From an uncultured Planctomycetaceae bacterium (GTDB taxonomy: Bacteria > Planctomycetota > Planctomycetia > Pirellulales > PALSA-1355), in NCBI GenBank assembly GCA_963785305.1, contig CAWAUV010000008.1, positions 1,440,001 through 1,504,000 on the forward strand: a stretch of DNA of 64,000 bases, written 5' to 3'. The stretch's first letter is position 1; the number at the start of each line of letters is the position of its first letter. The notes beneath the pieces were generated by a model, which worked only from the letters and a program-made list of their open reading frames with translations, was not told the DNA's origin and did not search any database. Position numbers and translations under genes: made by a program. Positions 52,500 through 64,000 of this stretch are shown here, piece after piece.

Positions 52500-54129
52500 T
52501 CACGACCGGTCGGCCTTTGCCTTCATGTCTTGACCCCAGTTCGTGTGGTCGGGGCCGGGCCAGGGGTCGACGAAAGCTCGCTCCGCCCAGGCGTTCCAGG
52601 CGGCTTCCATCTGCTTCACGCGGTCGGGCTCGGCGCTCGCCAAGTCGTGCTGCTCGGTGCGGTCGGCATCGAGATCGTACAGCTCCCAGGGGCCGTGCCA
52701 TTTTTGCACCAGCTTCCATCGGCCATCGCGCACCGCTTTGTTGCCTTCATGCTCCCAAAAGATCGGCTGCTTGCGATCGAGCGAATCGCCCGCGAAGGCA
52801 GGCGCAAGGCTCACGCCCTCTTTCGGCAAGATCGCGTGGCCGTGATACTCGGTCGGATAGGTGGCGCCGGCCAGATCGACCGCCGTGGCCATCAGGTCGA
52901 CCAGATGCGCCGGTTGCTTTTCCAGCTTGCCGCGCCGCTCGGCCGGAATGCCCTTGGGCCAATAGGCGATAAACGGCGAACTGATGCCGCCTTCGTGCGT
53001 GAAATGCTTGTACCGGCGAAAGGGCGTATTGGCGGCCGTGGCCCAATTCATGCCCAAGAGCACATGCGATTGCGGGCCGCCGATCGGACCTTCGCCTTGC
53101 GTGACGCCCGGCGGACCGCCCTCGGCGTTGCCGCCGTTGTCGCTCAAAAAAACGATCAAGGTATTGTCGAGCACGCCGCGCTCCTTGAGCCCATCGACCA
53201 ACCGGCCGGTGCTGGCGTCGAGCGCTTCGATCATTCCCGCATAGGCGGCCATGATCTGGTCGAAGCGTTGCTTGCGATCCTCGGCCCGCGTGTCCCAGGC
53301 CGGCGAATCGTCGGGCCGCGGCGAGAGCGGCCAGCGTGCATCGACAACGCCCAATTCAATCTGCTTGGCATGCCGCCGCTCGCGGAGCACATCCCAGCCG
53401 ATCATGTACTTGCCGCGATTGCGGGCAATCAGGTCGGCCGGCGCGGAGCGGAAAATGCACCGTGCCTTGTGGCAGATAGAGGAAGAACGGTTTGTCTTCA
53501 GCCCGCGCTTCGTCGATGAATTTCAGTCCCCAATCGACGAACAGATCGGTCGAATACCAATCGTGGCCTAGTTCGGGCGAGTCCTTGGCCATTTCGCGGC
53601 CATTGAGATAGAGCTTATCCGTGCCGGGCTTATCGGCTTCATGCGGAAAATACACTTCGCCGAAGCGAGAATTGAGCGAGCGCGTGAAGCCGCGCTCCCA
53701 GGGCGGAGTGCCGTTTTGTTGGCCGAGATGCCACTTGCCACACATCGCGGTGAAGTAACCGGCCTCGCGAAGCACTTCGGCGATGGTGACTGCCCGGGGC
53801 ATGAGCTTGCCATGAAAGCCGCGCGATCCGGCCACGACCATGTTGTCGAGCCAGCCGAGGCCGGCTTCGTGGGGATAGAGCCCGGTGAGCAGCGCGGCGC
53901 GGGTGGGGCTACAGCGCGGCGTGTTGTAGAACTGGGTGAAGCGAAGCCCATCGGCGGCCAGGGCGTCGAGTCGCGGGGTGGGGATTTCGCCGCCGAAGCA
54001 ACCGATATCGGAGTACCCCATGTCGTCGGCGAGCACGATCACGATATTCGGCCGCTGCGCCGCGGCGGCGGCGATGCTGGCCCAACACACCGCGACGGCG
54101 CCCACCATGAAGCAACGAAGATGAAACAC
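52500..54129 (-). CDS. Arylsulfatase (Cys-type; apparent frameshift near 53440)
   Basis: RPNIVIVLADDMGYSD, CSPTRAALLTG, GKWHLG, then FLSDNG, NTPFRRYK and WELYDL in ORF 52500..53405. GTG start with GGAGG SD. Confidence 0.9.
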
Positions 54130-54515
54130 CGAACCTCCCCTGATAGAAGCCAGAGTCAGAAATCGCGGCGCATTGCCGGCCGTCGTGAGAACGATCGCGG
54201 ACAGGCCATTTTCGCGATTTTCATGGTATCGAGCCGCCGCGCCGCCAGCAAGAAAAAAGCAAAACAAGCCTTTTCTTACTCGACACCACATTTCTCGGGC
54301 GCCGCGCCGAGAGCGCGGCATTTGCTTGCTAGCGCCGCGCATTTCTTGGAGAATCGCCTTGAACACGGGCAGCATCGCGCGCCGCGGTCCGGCCATGACC
54401 CTGGTTCGCCGGTTTCCGCTTCGCGCTGCCTCGCGCGAATCCCGCCCTGATTCCAAACGTCGCTCGCCCCTGCTTCTTCGATCCCTTCGATCTACTCACG
54501 CCCAGGAATGCTTCG

Positions 54516-57500
54516 ATGATTTGTCGTGCAAAGCTGCGATCGGCGCTCCCCGGCGCCGCGCTCGCGTGGCTCGTCGTTTGGTGTGGGTGTCGCGACGCCG
54601 CGGCCCAAACCCTGGATGACGCAATGGCGCCGGTCGCCAAAATCGCGCCGCTACCCGATGGCGTGGTCCGATTGTCGTTGTCCAACGCGGCCATGGTGCG
54701 GTGGAATGGAAAGCAAGCGACGTTGACCACCGACACGGATCGCCGCCTTGCGATCGATCAGGGCGTCGTCGCGCGCTGGAATGCCGACAACGAGCGCCCA
54801 ACGTGGTCGGTCACGATTCCGCGAGCCGGGGCGTATCGGGTTGTCGCGTTCCAGGCGACGCTGCCTGGTTACTCGGGCAGCGCCGTCATTCAGTTTTTGG
54901 GGGCGAAGCGGCAAGCGCTCAATGTCTCGTTTGAAGCGGCGACTCCCGCGCCGGCGCCGGGCCAAGAACAGCAATCCAATGTCGCGGCGTCCGCGAACGC
55001 GCCCACCGGTTTCGTGCCCGGCAGACCGAAGCCCGTGGAGCTTGGCGAGCTTGAACTGGCGCCGGGAGATGTGCTCGTTGAATATCGACCGACCACATGG
55101 AGCTCGCCGTTCGAGATCATTCGCTTGGCCGAGATTCGCTTGGTTCCGCTCGACGCTTTGCGGGCCTCGAGCCGCGCCGCCGCCGGACCACTGACTCGCG
55201 CGGGCGTCGACGCGCTGCCGGCCGTCAAGGCATGCGGCGATCGCGTGCTTGCGCTTCGCAAGGAAGTTGACGCCCTGAATCGCGAAACGCGCCGCCGCGA
55301 CTTCGGCGAGTTTCACGACTTCGATCAATTCCTGGCCTTCGATCGCTTACCCAGCCGGCTGCGCGAGGCCGAGCCGGCGCTCAAGGCGGCCAACCGCGAT
55401 TGGGAGCGACGCGGCTCGAAGCGGCGGAAACGTCGACCGAATTGCTCGCGAAACTCGATTCCAAGGAGCGCCAAGCGGTGGATGAATATATTCGCGCGGC
55501 CGAGGCCGTGAACGCCGCCGAGAGCCATGCTTATCGGCCCATGCGGACCGCGAGTCCGGCGAGCCCCGCGACGACTGGCGTGGAGCGGCGCCACACGCTG
55601 TTCCCCACGGGGCATTTCGAAACACTGCCGCCGCAAGCGATCGATGCCCGCCTGCCGCGGCGGGAATTGGCGCTCAACGCGCCGCCCGACCTTGCCGCGC
55701 GCCGCGGGCGATTTCGCGAGCGAAACTCGCCGGCGTCACTCAAGACGCTGTGCGCGCGACTGCGAAACGTGTTGATTCCGGGAACACCGGGACTGGAAGC
55801 GTTCGAGGAGCAATGCCGCCTGGGACACGCATCCGCGGCGCTTGAAGCCTATCGAGACTATTTCTTCGCCAAGCTGGCCGATCCCGAGTCGCATGGCGCC
55901 GTCACCGAAAACATTCTCTTCGAGTTGACTCGCGATCGTGGCAAGGGCGAGTTGCTGCTGCGACCAAGCGAGTTCGTGTTGGAAAAGAACATGAACGATT
56001 GGGCTGTCGCCCAAATCGACAAGGAAGTCGTGTTGGCCAAAGTGGGGCCACCGGGCGAAGCCGCTTGGGTTCCGCATGGTCTCGAGGTTCCCGCCGCCGC
56101 GGCGAACGATGGCCGCGTTCGCAAACACGCCTTTTGGCAAACGCCCGAAGGGAAAGACGCCTGGCGAACGCTCGAATACTTTCGGTCGATCAACTCGCTT
56201 CCCGGCGACCGCGCCGAGTTCTTTGGCGGCGGCATTTTCCCCGCCCTACTCGCATCGTATGCGATCGATGGCGATCGGCAACATTTGGCGCGATGGTGCG
56301 AATATCACGACGACTGGGCGATGAACGCCCGAAGCGACCAAGAGGCGTTTTCCATCGGCCTGCGCTGCGCCATGGACCTGGAAACCCAGTTTCCCCGCGC
56401 GACCTTGAACCTCTTGCGGATCGTGCTCGATGAGCGACCGGCAATGGCCCGGGAATTCGACGCTCCGTCGTTGGCCCGGCTCATCATGGCGCTCGTCGTC
56501 GACGCGGCTCCCTACACGATACGCGCGCGCTGCGCCGAAATGGCCAACTGGGGCATCATGGGCCTCGGCCATCAATTGCATCTCGGCCGCTTTCTCCATG
56601 AATTCAAGGCCATGGACTACTTCAACCGCGAGGCATGGCGCCTTTGGAACGCCAACATGATTCAGCATCGCACGCTCGACGGCGAAAATATCGAAGCCTG
56701 GGACGATGGCCATAATTGGGTAACAATCGAATTCAGCGAGGACAGCGTGCCCTACGCCCGCTTGCCAAAAGGCGTCGACGCGCTCGACCTTACCTTGTTC
56801 TGGGACAATTCGCGGATTGACCAGCGCTCGAAACTAACGCACATCGGCCCGCCAGGAACCTATTGGCCAAGCTGGGAGAATCACCCAATGCCCAGCCGCA
56901 ACACAATCCATCGCTACTATCGCCCGGGCCCCACGAATCGCCACGGCTTCGATCTGATCGAGAAGGAACCGGGCGCCCAAAGCCGCATTGAAACCCTGAT
57001 CGGCGCGGGCCGGCCCGCTTCCGGCCGTTTGCCCGAGGTGTGTTCCGATCTTTCGCCCTATGGCTCGATGGCCTATCTGCGCGAAAGCTGGAGCCCCGAC
57101 GCCGATTACTTCGTGCTCCAAAATGTGCCGGTTCGCAGTCAGTCGCAAGAAGATTGTTCCCGCACCATGTATAGCCTGGCGAAAAACGATCGGGTTCTCG
57201 TCGAAGCACATGGCTTGGTGGTCGATCGCAAGCCCGACAATCGATATCAAGACGCGGTGCGAACGGGCGGCAAGACCGACTATTGCGGCGAGGCCGGCCG
57301 CCATGTTCGCCCGGAGCGATTTCACACCTCGCCGTATTTCGATTTTGCCGAAGCGCAACAAGACTCGCCCTATGCGTTGCACCGGCTCAGCCATGGCGAC
57401 GCATATGGTCTCTATCGCCAGGCGCTGCCGCGGCCCGACCCCGAGCCGATTCGCGATGTGACGGTGCTGCGGCAGGTGTTCGGCCCGCGGGGCGCGGGAC

Positions 57501-59117
57501 TATGGATCGTTTGCGATCGGATCGAAAACCGCGGCAGCCAAGAGCGAGAATACGCGCAGTTTTTTACATTGCCCGCGCGGATCGAAGCGAACGGTTTTGC
57601 CGACCGCGTGCGACTGCTTGCCGCGGCCGGGGCGCCGCTGGTGGAGGTCGACCCCCAGCGCCGCCGGATTCGTGGGGTGAGTCCCGGCTTCGAAAATGCC
57701 TCGCTGTATTGTTTTTCGCCGAGCGAATTGACGTTTGCCAATGTGCTCGGCGCGACTCGCGAACATCAAGCGTTGGCCGATTCGCCGCTGCGCGCGTCCA
57801 AACCCAACTCCACCAAGGCAAAACGCCCGACGAGCTTGTCAAAAAGCCGCTGAAGCATCCCGTTTCCGTGCATTGGCGCGGCGCGGGCAATCAACTGTTC
57901 ATCGCGGCGATCGTCTCGCGACCGGCCGAAGGCGCCATGGCGCGGCAATTGGCCGCCGAGCCAAGGTCTGTCGAGCAACAAACGGGCCCCGAGGGCGTGC
58001 TGGGCTGTCGAATCGTGACCCATTCGGGGCTCGAAGTCTGGTTTGCCAGCGGCCCAAACGTCGAGAATCGCCTGGAGTGCGGCCCCATGACCGCTGTCGC
58101 GGAATCGCTGCTCGTGGCCCAAAACCCGGGCGGCCAGCCGCGCGGCGTGGCGCTCGGATGCAAGTCGCTTAAATTCAACGAGCGGCCGGTGGAGCTCGCC
58201 AATGCCGACTTCGAGTTCTCTCTCGATCCCAACGGCGTCGTGGCCCAAGAGCCGATCAGGCGCCCAATCGACACGGTCCGCATTTTACCCGAACAGAATG
58301 TCTTCACGGAGCGAGCCGAGATCGCGTTTGAATTATCGGCGGGCGAGCGACGCGATGTCGAATTTCGTTACACGCTCGACGGGCAAGAGCCCACATCGAG
58401 CTCGCCGCGATACACCGCGCCAATCGCCATCGACAAAACGACCTTGGTGAAGGTCAGGCCATTTCGCCAGGGATTGACCACAACGCCCTGGTCGTTTGGC
58501 GGCGTCGAGAGCGGCCGGACCGTGGGAGCTATTTTCCGGAAGCGAGCGCCGCTGCCGGCCATCGCCGCGCCGCGCGTTGCCTCGCGGCCAGGGCTTGCCT
58601 ACGAATACTACGAAGGCGACTGGCCGACGCTCCTAAGCTACGCCGCATATCCCGGAACCCTGGAGCCCAAGGCCGGCGGGACCTTAATGAACCTCTTCGA
58701 GTCGAGCGAGCTCGAAAGAATCCGCGCGACCGACCGGGCATTTGCGCTGCGCTGCGATGGCTTGGTCGACATTCCCACGGCCGGCGTTTACACGCTCCAT
58801 GCCCCAACGCATCTCCACACTCCGACGATGGACGCCGGGTTCGACTTGCGCGTGTTTCTCGATGGCGAGGAATGGATGCCATGTCCCGGGCTCCACTCCG
58901 AACACGCTTGGAGCATTCCGCTCGCGGCGGGACTGCATCGCTTGCGAGTCGCGTATACCGACTACCGCTGGCGAACGTTTCGCAACGATTACTGGATGGC
59001 TTGGCAACCCGAGGAAATCTGGCAAGGCGCGCCGTGCTGGAAATCGCCGGCCCGGGCCTCGAGCGGCAAGCCCTGCCGAACGCGTGGCTGCGCCACGAGG
59101 AGCACACGGAGAAGTAA
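54516..59117 (+). CDS. Giant secreted multidomain protein, heparinase II/III-like core with Fn3-associated and PA14-like domains (apparent frameshifts near 55405, 57790, 59030)
   Basis: Signal peptide (AAA-Q), N-terminal beta-sandwich, helical core (ANWGIMG), YLRESW...LWIVCDRI beta region, FRYTLDGQEPT...RYTAPI (CHB_HEX_C/Fn3-associated) and GLAYEYYEGDW...GVYTL (PA14-like). Confidence 0.6.
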
Positions 59118-59166
59118 ACCGCGATCACTCGCTCGCGGAAAATGGCCGCCGATGACGAAGCGTTCG

Positions 59167-61013
59167 TCATTTTCCGCCGGCGGAGGGCTTTTCCTTGGCC
59201 TCTTGCTCGGCGAGGGCCGCTTTGAACACTTTGAGTTGCCGTTCGATCGAGGCGCTGCTCGGTTCGAGCTGGGAGGCTTCGGTTTGATATTTCACGGCGC
59301 TCGCGTAGTCGCGCTTGGCGTAGTAGCAGTGGGCTAGCGTGTCCAGATAACCGCCCGCGTGGCGAAGCTCGACCGACTTGTGCGACATGCGGATCGCTTC
59401 GTCGATATCGCCCTCGGTGTTGGCCACGAGCCAGGCGAGTTGATTGTAGCCGTTGGGATCCGCGGGATTTTGCTGGGTCTGGCGGCGGGTTTCATCGACG
59501 ACTTGCCGAATCGTCTCGCGCAGTTTCTTGCGGCGATCGGCATCGAGCGGCAGCCGATACATCGAGATCAGCACATCGACATCGGTGCTGTCCTCGGCCA
59601 AGGCTTTTTCCAAAAGCGGAAGCGACTCGCTGGTTTGGCCGCGCTTGCGAAGGTCCTCGGCCATGAAGAAATACAATCGCGACCGCATCGCGTCGGGACT
59701 GCGGCTCGGCAGCCGCTGGGCAAAGCGGAGCACGGCCATGTCGCTATCCATCTTGTCGATCGCTTCCTTGAGCACCTGGGCCGCTTCTTTATCGCGCTGG
59801 CGGTCATGCAGATTCTCGCTCAACTGATAGCGCGCCAAGAGGCCCACGCCGGCGACTTCGTTGGCCCAGCCGAGGCTCATCACATGGCGAAATTCGTCGT
59901 CGGCCCAGTCGATCATGCCGCGCTTCTGAAGCGTAAAACCGATTTGCAAGTGCTCGAGGGCCTTGTCCGGATCGATGAGAACTCGCCTTGCGGGCCATTT
60001 CCTTGGCGAGCGCCGACTTGCCGCCCGCGAGATAAGCCTGGGCCAGCGAATAGAGCAACTCGGGCTCGGCGGCGAAATTGGACTCGAAGCGCTTCGCCAC
60101 CTCGTCGATCGATTGCCAGTCCTTGCGCGGTGAGCCACTTGAGCAATTCGCCGAGCGATTCGTTTTCGCCGCGATCGAGCTCGATCACCCGCTTCACCAG
60201 GGCCGAGGCCTCGTCGCCGCGGCCAAGCCGATCGAGCAGATCGATCTCCTGCTCCAGCAGCGCTTCGACGAGCGAATTGCGCGTGAGCTGCGGATGATGT
60301 TCGAGCGTGTCCTGCTCCGCCGAAACCCATTGCCGCCAATCGATCAGGGCGCCGTTCGGATCGTCGTGCGAACGCACATAGGCCCGCAACCAATGGGCGG
60401 GCGCCCGAGTGCTGCGATCGACGCCGAGAGAATCTTGGTCGAACGTTTGGCCCAATCATTGTCGGGCGGGGCCGGCGCGAAGCACCAGCGCGGCCGCTTG
60501 CTTGGAAAGCACCTGCGACGCCTCGAACCGCGCCATGCGGCAGAGCGGGCCGATGCCCTCGTCGGCGGGCAACTGGCTCAGCTCCTTGAGCTTTTCGAGC
60601 CGGCCTTTTTCATCGCCGTTTTCATAGTTTTGCAACACCTCTTTCACTTGGGCCGAGTCCGACTCTTGAATCCATTCGACGCGAATCAATCGCACCAGAT
60701 AACGCGCCTGGGTGGCGATCTCGACATCGTCGCTGTCTTCGGCCGCGCTCAAGGAATCGAAGGCCGCGGCGCCCAGCCGAGTGAGCTCGCGCTGGGCTCG
60801 CTGGCGGACGACGAATCGGTCGTCGCCCAGCTCGGCAATCAGCCGGCTAATCTGGCGATCTTCGTCGTCCGGGGCTTTTTCCGCGGCGCCGTTTTCGGCC
60901 CGCGCGAAAGTCGGCCCCCCGAGGCCGCAGCCCCAAAAACCGACGGCCGCGACCAGCGCGGCCAACAACTCGCCCCCGGCAGTCCAGACGCACAACGCAT
61001 TTTTTCGATCCAT
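59167..61013 (-). CDS. Secreted TPR-repeat protein (about 4 apparent frameshifts)
   Basis: LIAELGDDRFVVRQRAQREL N-terminal helical motif and C-terminal YNQLAWLVA...YLDTLAHCYY TPRs, spread over ORFs 60456..61022, 59913..60455, 59804..60100 and 59167..60459. Confidence 0.75.
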
Positions 61014-61390
61014 AGCGTGCAACTCGATCGAGAGAGGAATTCCCGAATACCCCGGGGCGGGCCCCCCCTGGCCGCGCCCATCCCAAGTTCAGCATAGCCG
61101 AGCCATTTGCCCGCTCGCAAGTTTTTCCTTCTTTCCGAACCCGCGGAAGCCCTTTGGCGGAGACGGAAGGACCAGCGGCTTTCCTGGACTTCCCAGCCTT
61201 CGCATTCTGGCGTCCGTGGTCCATTCGCGCCAACTGGCCGGGCAAACCCACATAGCCGCACTTACGCGATTGCGTTAGACTTTGGCCACATGCTGAAATT
61301 CGCCACCGCTTCTGGCGCCACTATTCGCTCGCAATGATGGCGGCGGGGAACGCGGCTCGGCGACTCACCGACCGACGGGAGCGTTGCCCC

Positions 61391-62618
61391 ATGCCGATTC
61401 GCCCTTTCAACTTTATCCATGCCAGCGATCTGCACCTGGAGCGCCCCCCCTCGGGCGTGGAAGAAATTCCCGAACACCTGCGGAGCGCGTTTGTCGACTG
61501 CGCCTATCGCGCCGCCGAGCGAGTGTTCGACGCCGCGCTCGCCACGCCAGCCGACTTCCTACTACTCTCGGGCGATGTGCTCGATCCCGATCTCACCGGC
61601 CCGCGCGGCTATGTGTTTCTGGCTGACCAGTTCGCGAGGCTGGCGGCCAAGAATATCGCCGTCTATTGGGCCGGCGGCCGATCGGATCATGTCGACCTTT
61701 GGCCGAGCGGGCTCGACTTGCCCGACAATGTGCATCTCTTCCCCCGCTCGCAGATCGGCCGCATCGTGCATCGCCGCGACGACGAGCCGCTGGCCCTGCT
61801 GCTGGGCCTCAGCCGCCAAGAACGCAAACGCATCCGCCCCGCCGAATTCGCCGGCGAAGACGAAATGCCATTTAGCATCGCGGTTTGCTACGGCTTGGCC
61901 GAAGGCGAAACCCTGGCCGGCCGCGGCATTCAATATTGGGCGCTCGGCGGCGAACACGAGCGTCGCTCGCTTGGCGCCGCGCCGCTGGTGGCGCATTACC
62001 CCGGCACTCCGCAAGGCCGCCGACCGAAGGAAACCGGCCCGCGCGGTTGCACCAGCGTGCATGTCGACGAGCAAGCGCGCGTGCGCACCACTTTTGTCGC
62101 CACCGACGCGCTCCGCTGGCAAAACGAACGCATTTTGGTCACCGCCCACACGAGCCGCGATCAGCTCGAGCGCCAACTGCGCGAGCGAGCGTCGGCCCTG
62201 TGGGCGCGGGCCTGGGGCCCGATATGCTCGTCACCTGGACCGTGGCGGGCTCGCCTTGGCTGGCGGCGAAGCTCCGCTGGGGTTCGCTCGAAAACGATCT
62301 ACTGGCCCGCTTGCGAAATGAATTCGGCAATCGTCGCCCGGCGCTCTGGAGCGTGGCGATCGTGCCCGACACCGATGTCGAGTTGCCCTCGAGTTGGCGC
62401 GAGCAGGAGAGTTTGCTGGGCGACATGTTGCGTTCGCTCAAGGAGCGTTCGGCGGCCGACACACCGCCGGAACTGCGTTCTTTACTCGGCGAGCGCCAGG
62501 CGCGGGCGCGCTCGGCGCGGCGGTGTCGCTAGACGATCCGGTCGAACGGCGTCGCGCGTTTGAAGACGCGGCGCTACTGGCCGTCGAAATGCTCAGCCAT
62601 GAGGAGTCGGCGAAGTGA
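61391..62618 (+). CDS. YhaO/SbcD (Mre11)-like metallophosphoesterase (apparent frameshifts near 62200 and 62515)
   Basis: FIHASDLHL, LLSGDVLD, YWALGGEH and YPGTPQGR motifs. Stop overlaps the next start (GTGA). Confidence 0.85.
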
Positions 62619-64000
62619 ATATCAGCGATGTCGAGATCGAGGGCTTCGGCGTTTGGCGTTCCTTGCGACTCAACGGTTTCTCGGACCGGCTGACCGTCAT
62701 CCACGGACCCAACGAAGCCGGCAAAACCACCCTGCTCCAGTTCGTGCGAGCCATGCTCTATGGCTTTTCCGACGAACGCCGCGCTCGCTATCTGCCGCCG
62801 GTCGATGGTGGAACGGCAGGCGGCCGACTGCAACTGCGCACCGTGGCCGGGCCACTATTCGTCTCGCGCCATGATCGCGGCGATGGCGATAAATCGGGCG
62901 CCGAGGGCGAGGTGATCCTTTCGGCCCGGTCCGGCGGACCGCCCAGCGGTCGCTCGCTGATCGAGCTTCTCGGCGGAATCGACGAATCGACATTCAATCA
63001 TGTGTTCGCCATTGGCCTGCGCGAAATGCAGCAATTGGGCACGCTCACCGACACCCAGGCCGCGCACTGGCTCTACGATCTGACGCTCGGCGTCGACCAT
63101 GTGTCGCTGGCCGATGTGATGGAGCGGCTCGAAACCTGGCGCGGGCGGATCATCACTCCCGAAGTTCATGGCGAAGAGCCGATCACGAACGAACAAGAGC
63201 GGCTCGCCTGGCTCGACCATCGCACGCTCGAGGAGCAGCAGCACCACGCCCATCACCACGCGCATCACCACGATCCGTCCGGCGGTGAACACGCGGCGCC
63301 CTTCGAGCGCCCGGCCTCGATCGAGCGCTATGCCCAGGTGCAACATCTGCTCGCTCGTAAACATCAACTCAAGACCGAGATCGAAGACCTGCGTGGGCTC
63401 ACGGTGCGCTGTTCGAATCGGCCGAAAGCGCCCGCCACTTGAGCGCCGCGATCGACACCCTACAACAAGCCGACGGCGCGCTCGAGCGCCGGCTCTGGCT
63501 CGCGAGCATGGCCCGCTCGCTGGCCGACAAATGGCATGCCCGCGCGGCGCTTGGTCAGCAATTGGCGGCGCTGGGCGATGTGCGGCCGCTGCCCGAAGGC
63601 AGCGTCGAAAAATATCATGAACTGCGAACTCGCGAACTGGCCTATGGCGCCCGAGTGCGCAAGCTGCGGGCCCGCCGGGCTCAGCTGCGCAAGGAGAGCG
63701 AGGCGGTCGAGGTCAACGAAAACCTTTGCCGGCAAGGTCCGCGGCTCGAGGCGCTCAATGAACAACAGCCGTGGCTGGCGTTTTTGGGCGAACAGGTGCG
63801 TTCGCTCGACGAACAGATCGCCGCCCATGAGCTCAAGCACGAAGCCGAACACAAGCGCTGGATCGAAATCATCGGCAAGCGCGGCGACGGCAAGCTACCG
63901 GCCACCACGCCGCGGCAGTTCGACAATCTGCAAGCCGCCGCCCGCCAGCTCGCGGCTCATCGCAAGGCCCACGCCGAGGCCCGCGACGCGGCCAAGAATC
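62615..64000 (+). CDS. YhaN/SbcC-like AAA ATPase with coiled coil (apparent frameshift near 63410; truncated by window end)
   Basis: IEGFGVW...IHGPNEAGKTTLLQFVRAMLYG, FNHVFAIGLREMQ, then a long coiled coil. Confidence 0.85.

Noticed and set aside
60456..60458. In-frame TGA in the TPR gene as selenocysteine or readthrough
   Set aside because: A neighbouring frame reads PDNDWAKRSTKILS across this point, so two compensating indels explain it.

Overview
GC-rich bacterial chromosomal window, very probably from a planctomycete (Pirellulales-like). The assignment rests on a DUF1501 / DUF1549-DUF1553 / planctomycete cytochrome c-WD40 operon, an LEDR-motif giant surface protein, a BBP7-like barrel and several sulfatases. 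In order: motB; rpoD, dnaG and an HtrA protease; aat; addAB helicase-nuclease; DUF2079- and DUF456-like membrane proteins; a conserved secreted hypothetical; a co-oriented run of tandem-retropepsin protease, TPR-zincin, MazG, membrane protein and ABC ATPase; a DUF1080-esterase fusion; a small HNH-like protein facing an AT-richer DUF488-like gene; the DUF1501 operon; a ~3.3 kb island bounded by a degenerate direct repeat, holding an AT-richer HesB/IscA-like lipoprotein gene and an intact IS3 (31-bp TIRs, CGCG target duplication); a ~2000-aa Ig-repeat adhesin downstream of a beta-barrel gene; two sulfatases beside a giant heparinase-like/PA14 protein; a TPR protein; and a YhaO/YhaN (SbcDC-like) pair running off the end. 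About 25 apparent frameshifts, including in rpoD and dnaG, mostly fall in GC/CG-repeat tracts. They are best read as sequencing indels, so genes were reconstructed across them. No tRNA, rRNA or CRISPR array was seen. Family names come from motif recognition by eye, not database searches. No novel system is proven; the candidates are listed as hypotheses.
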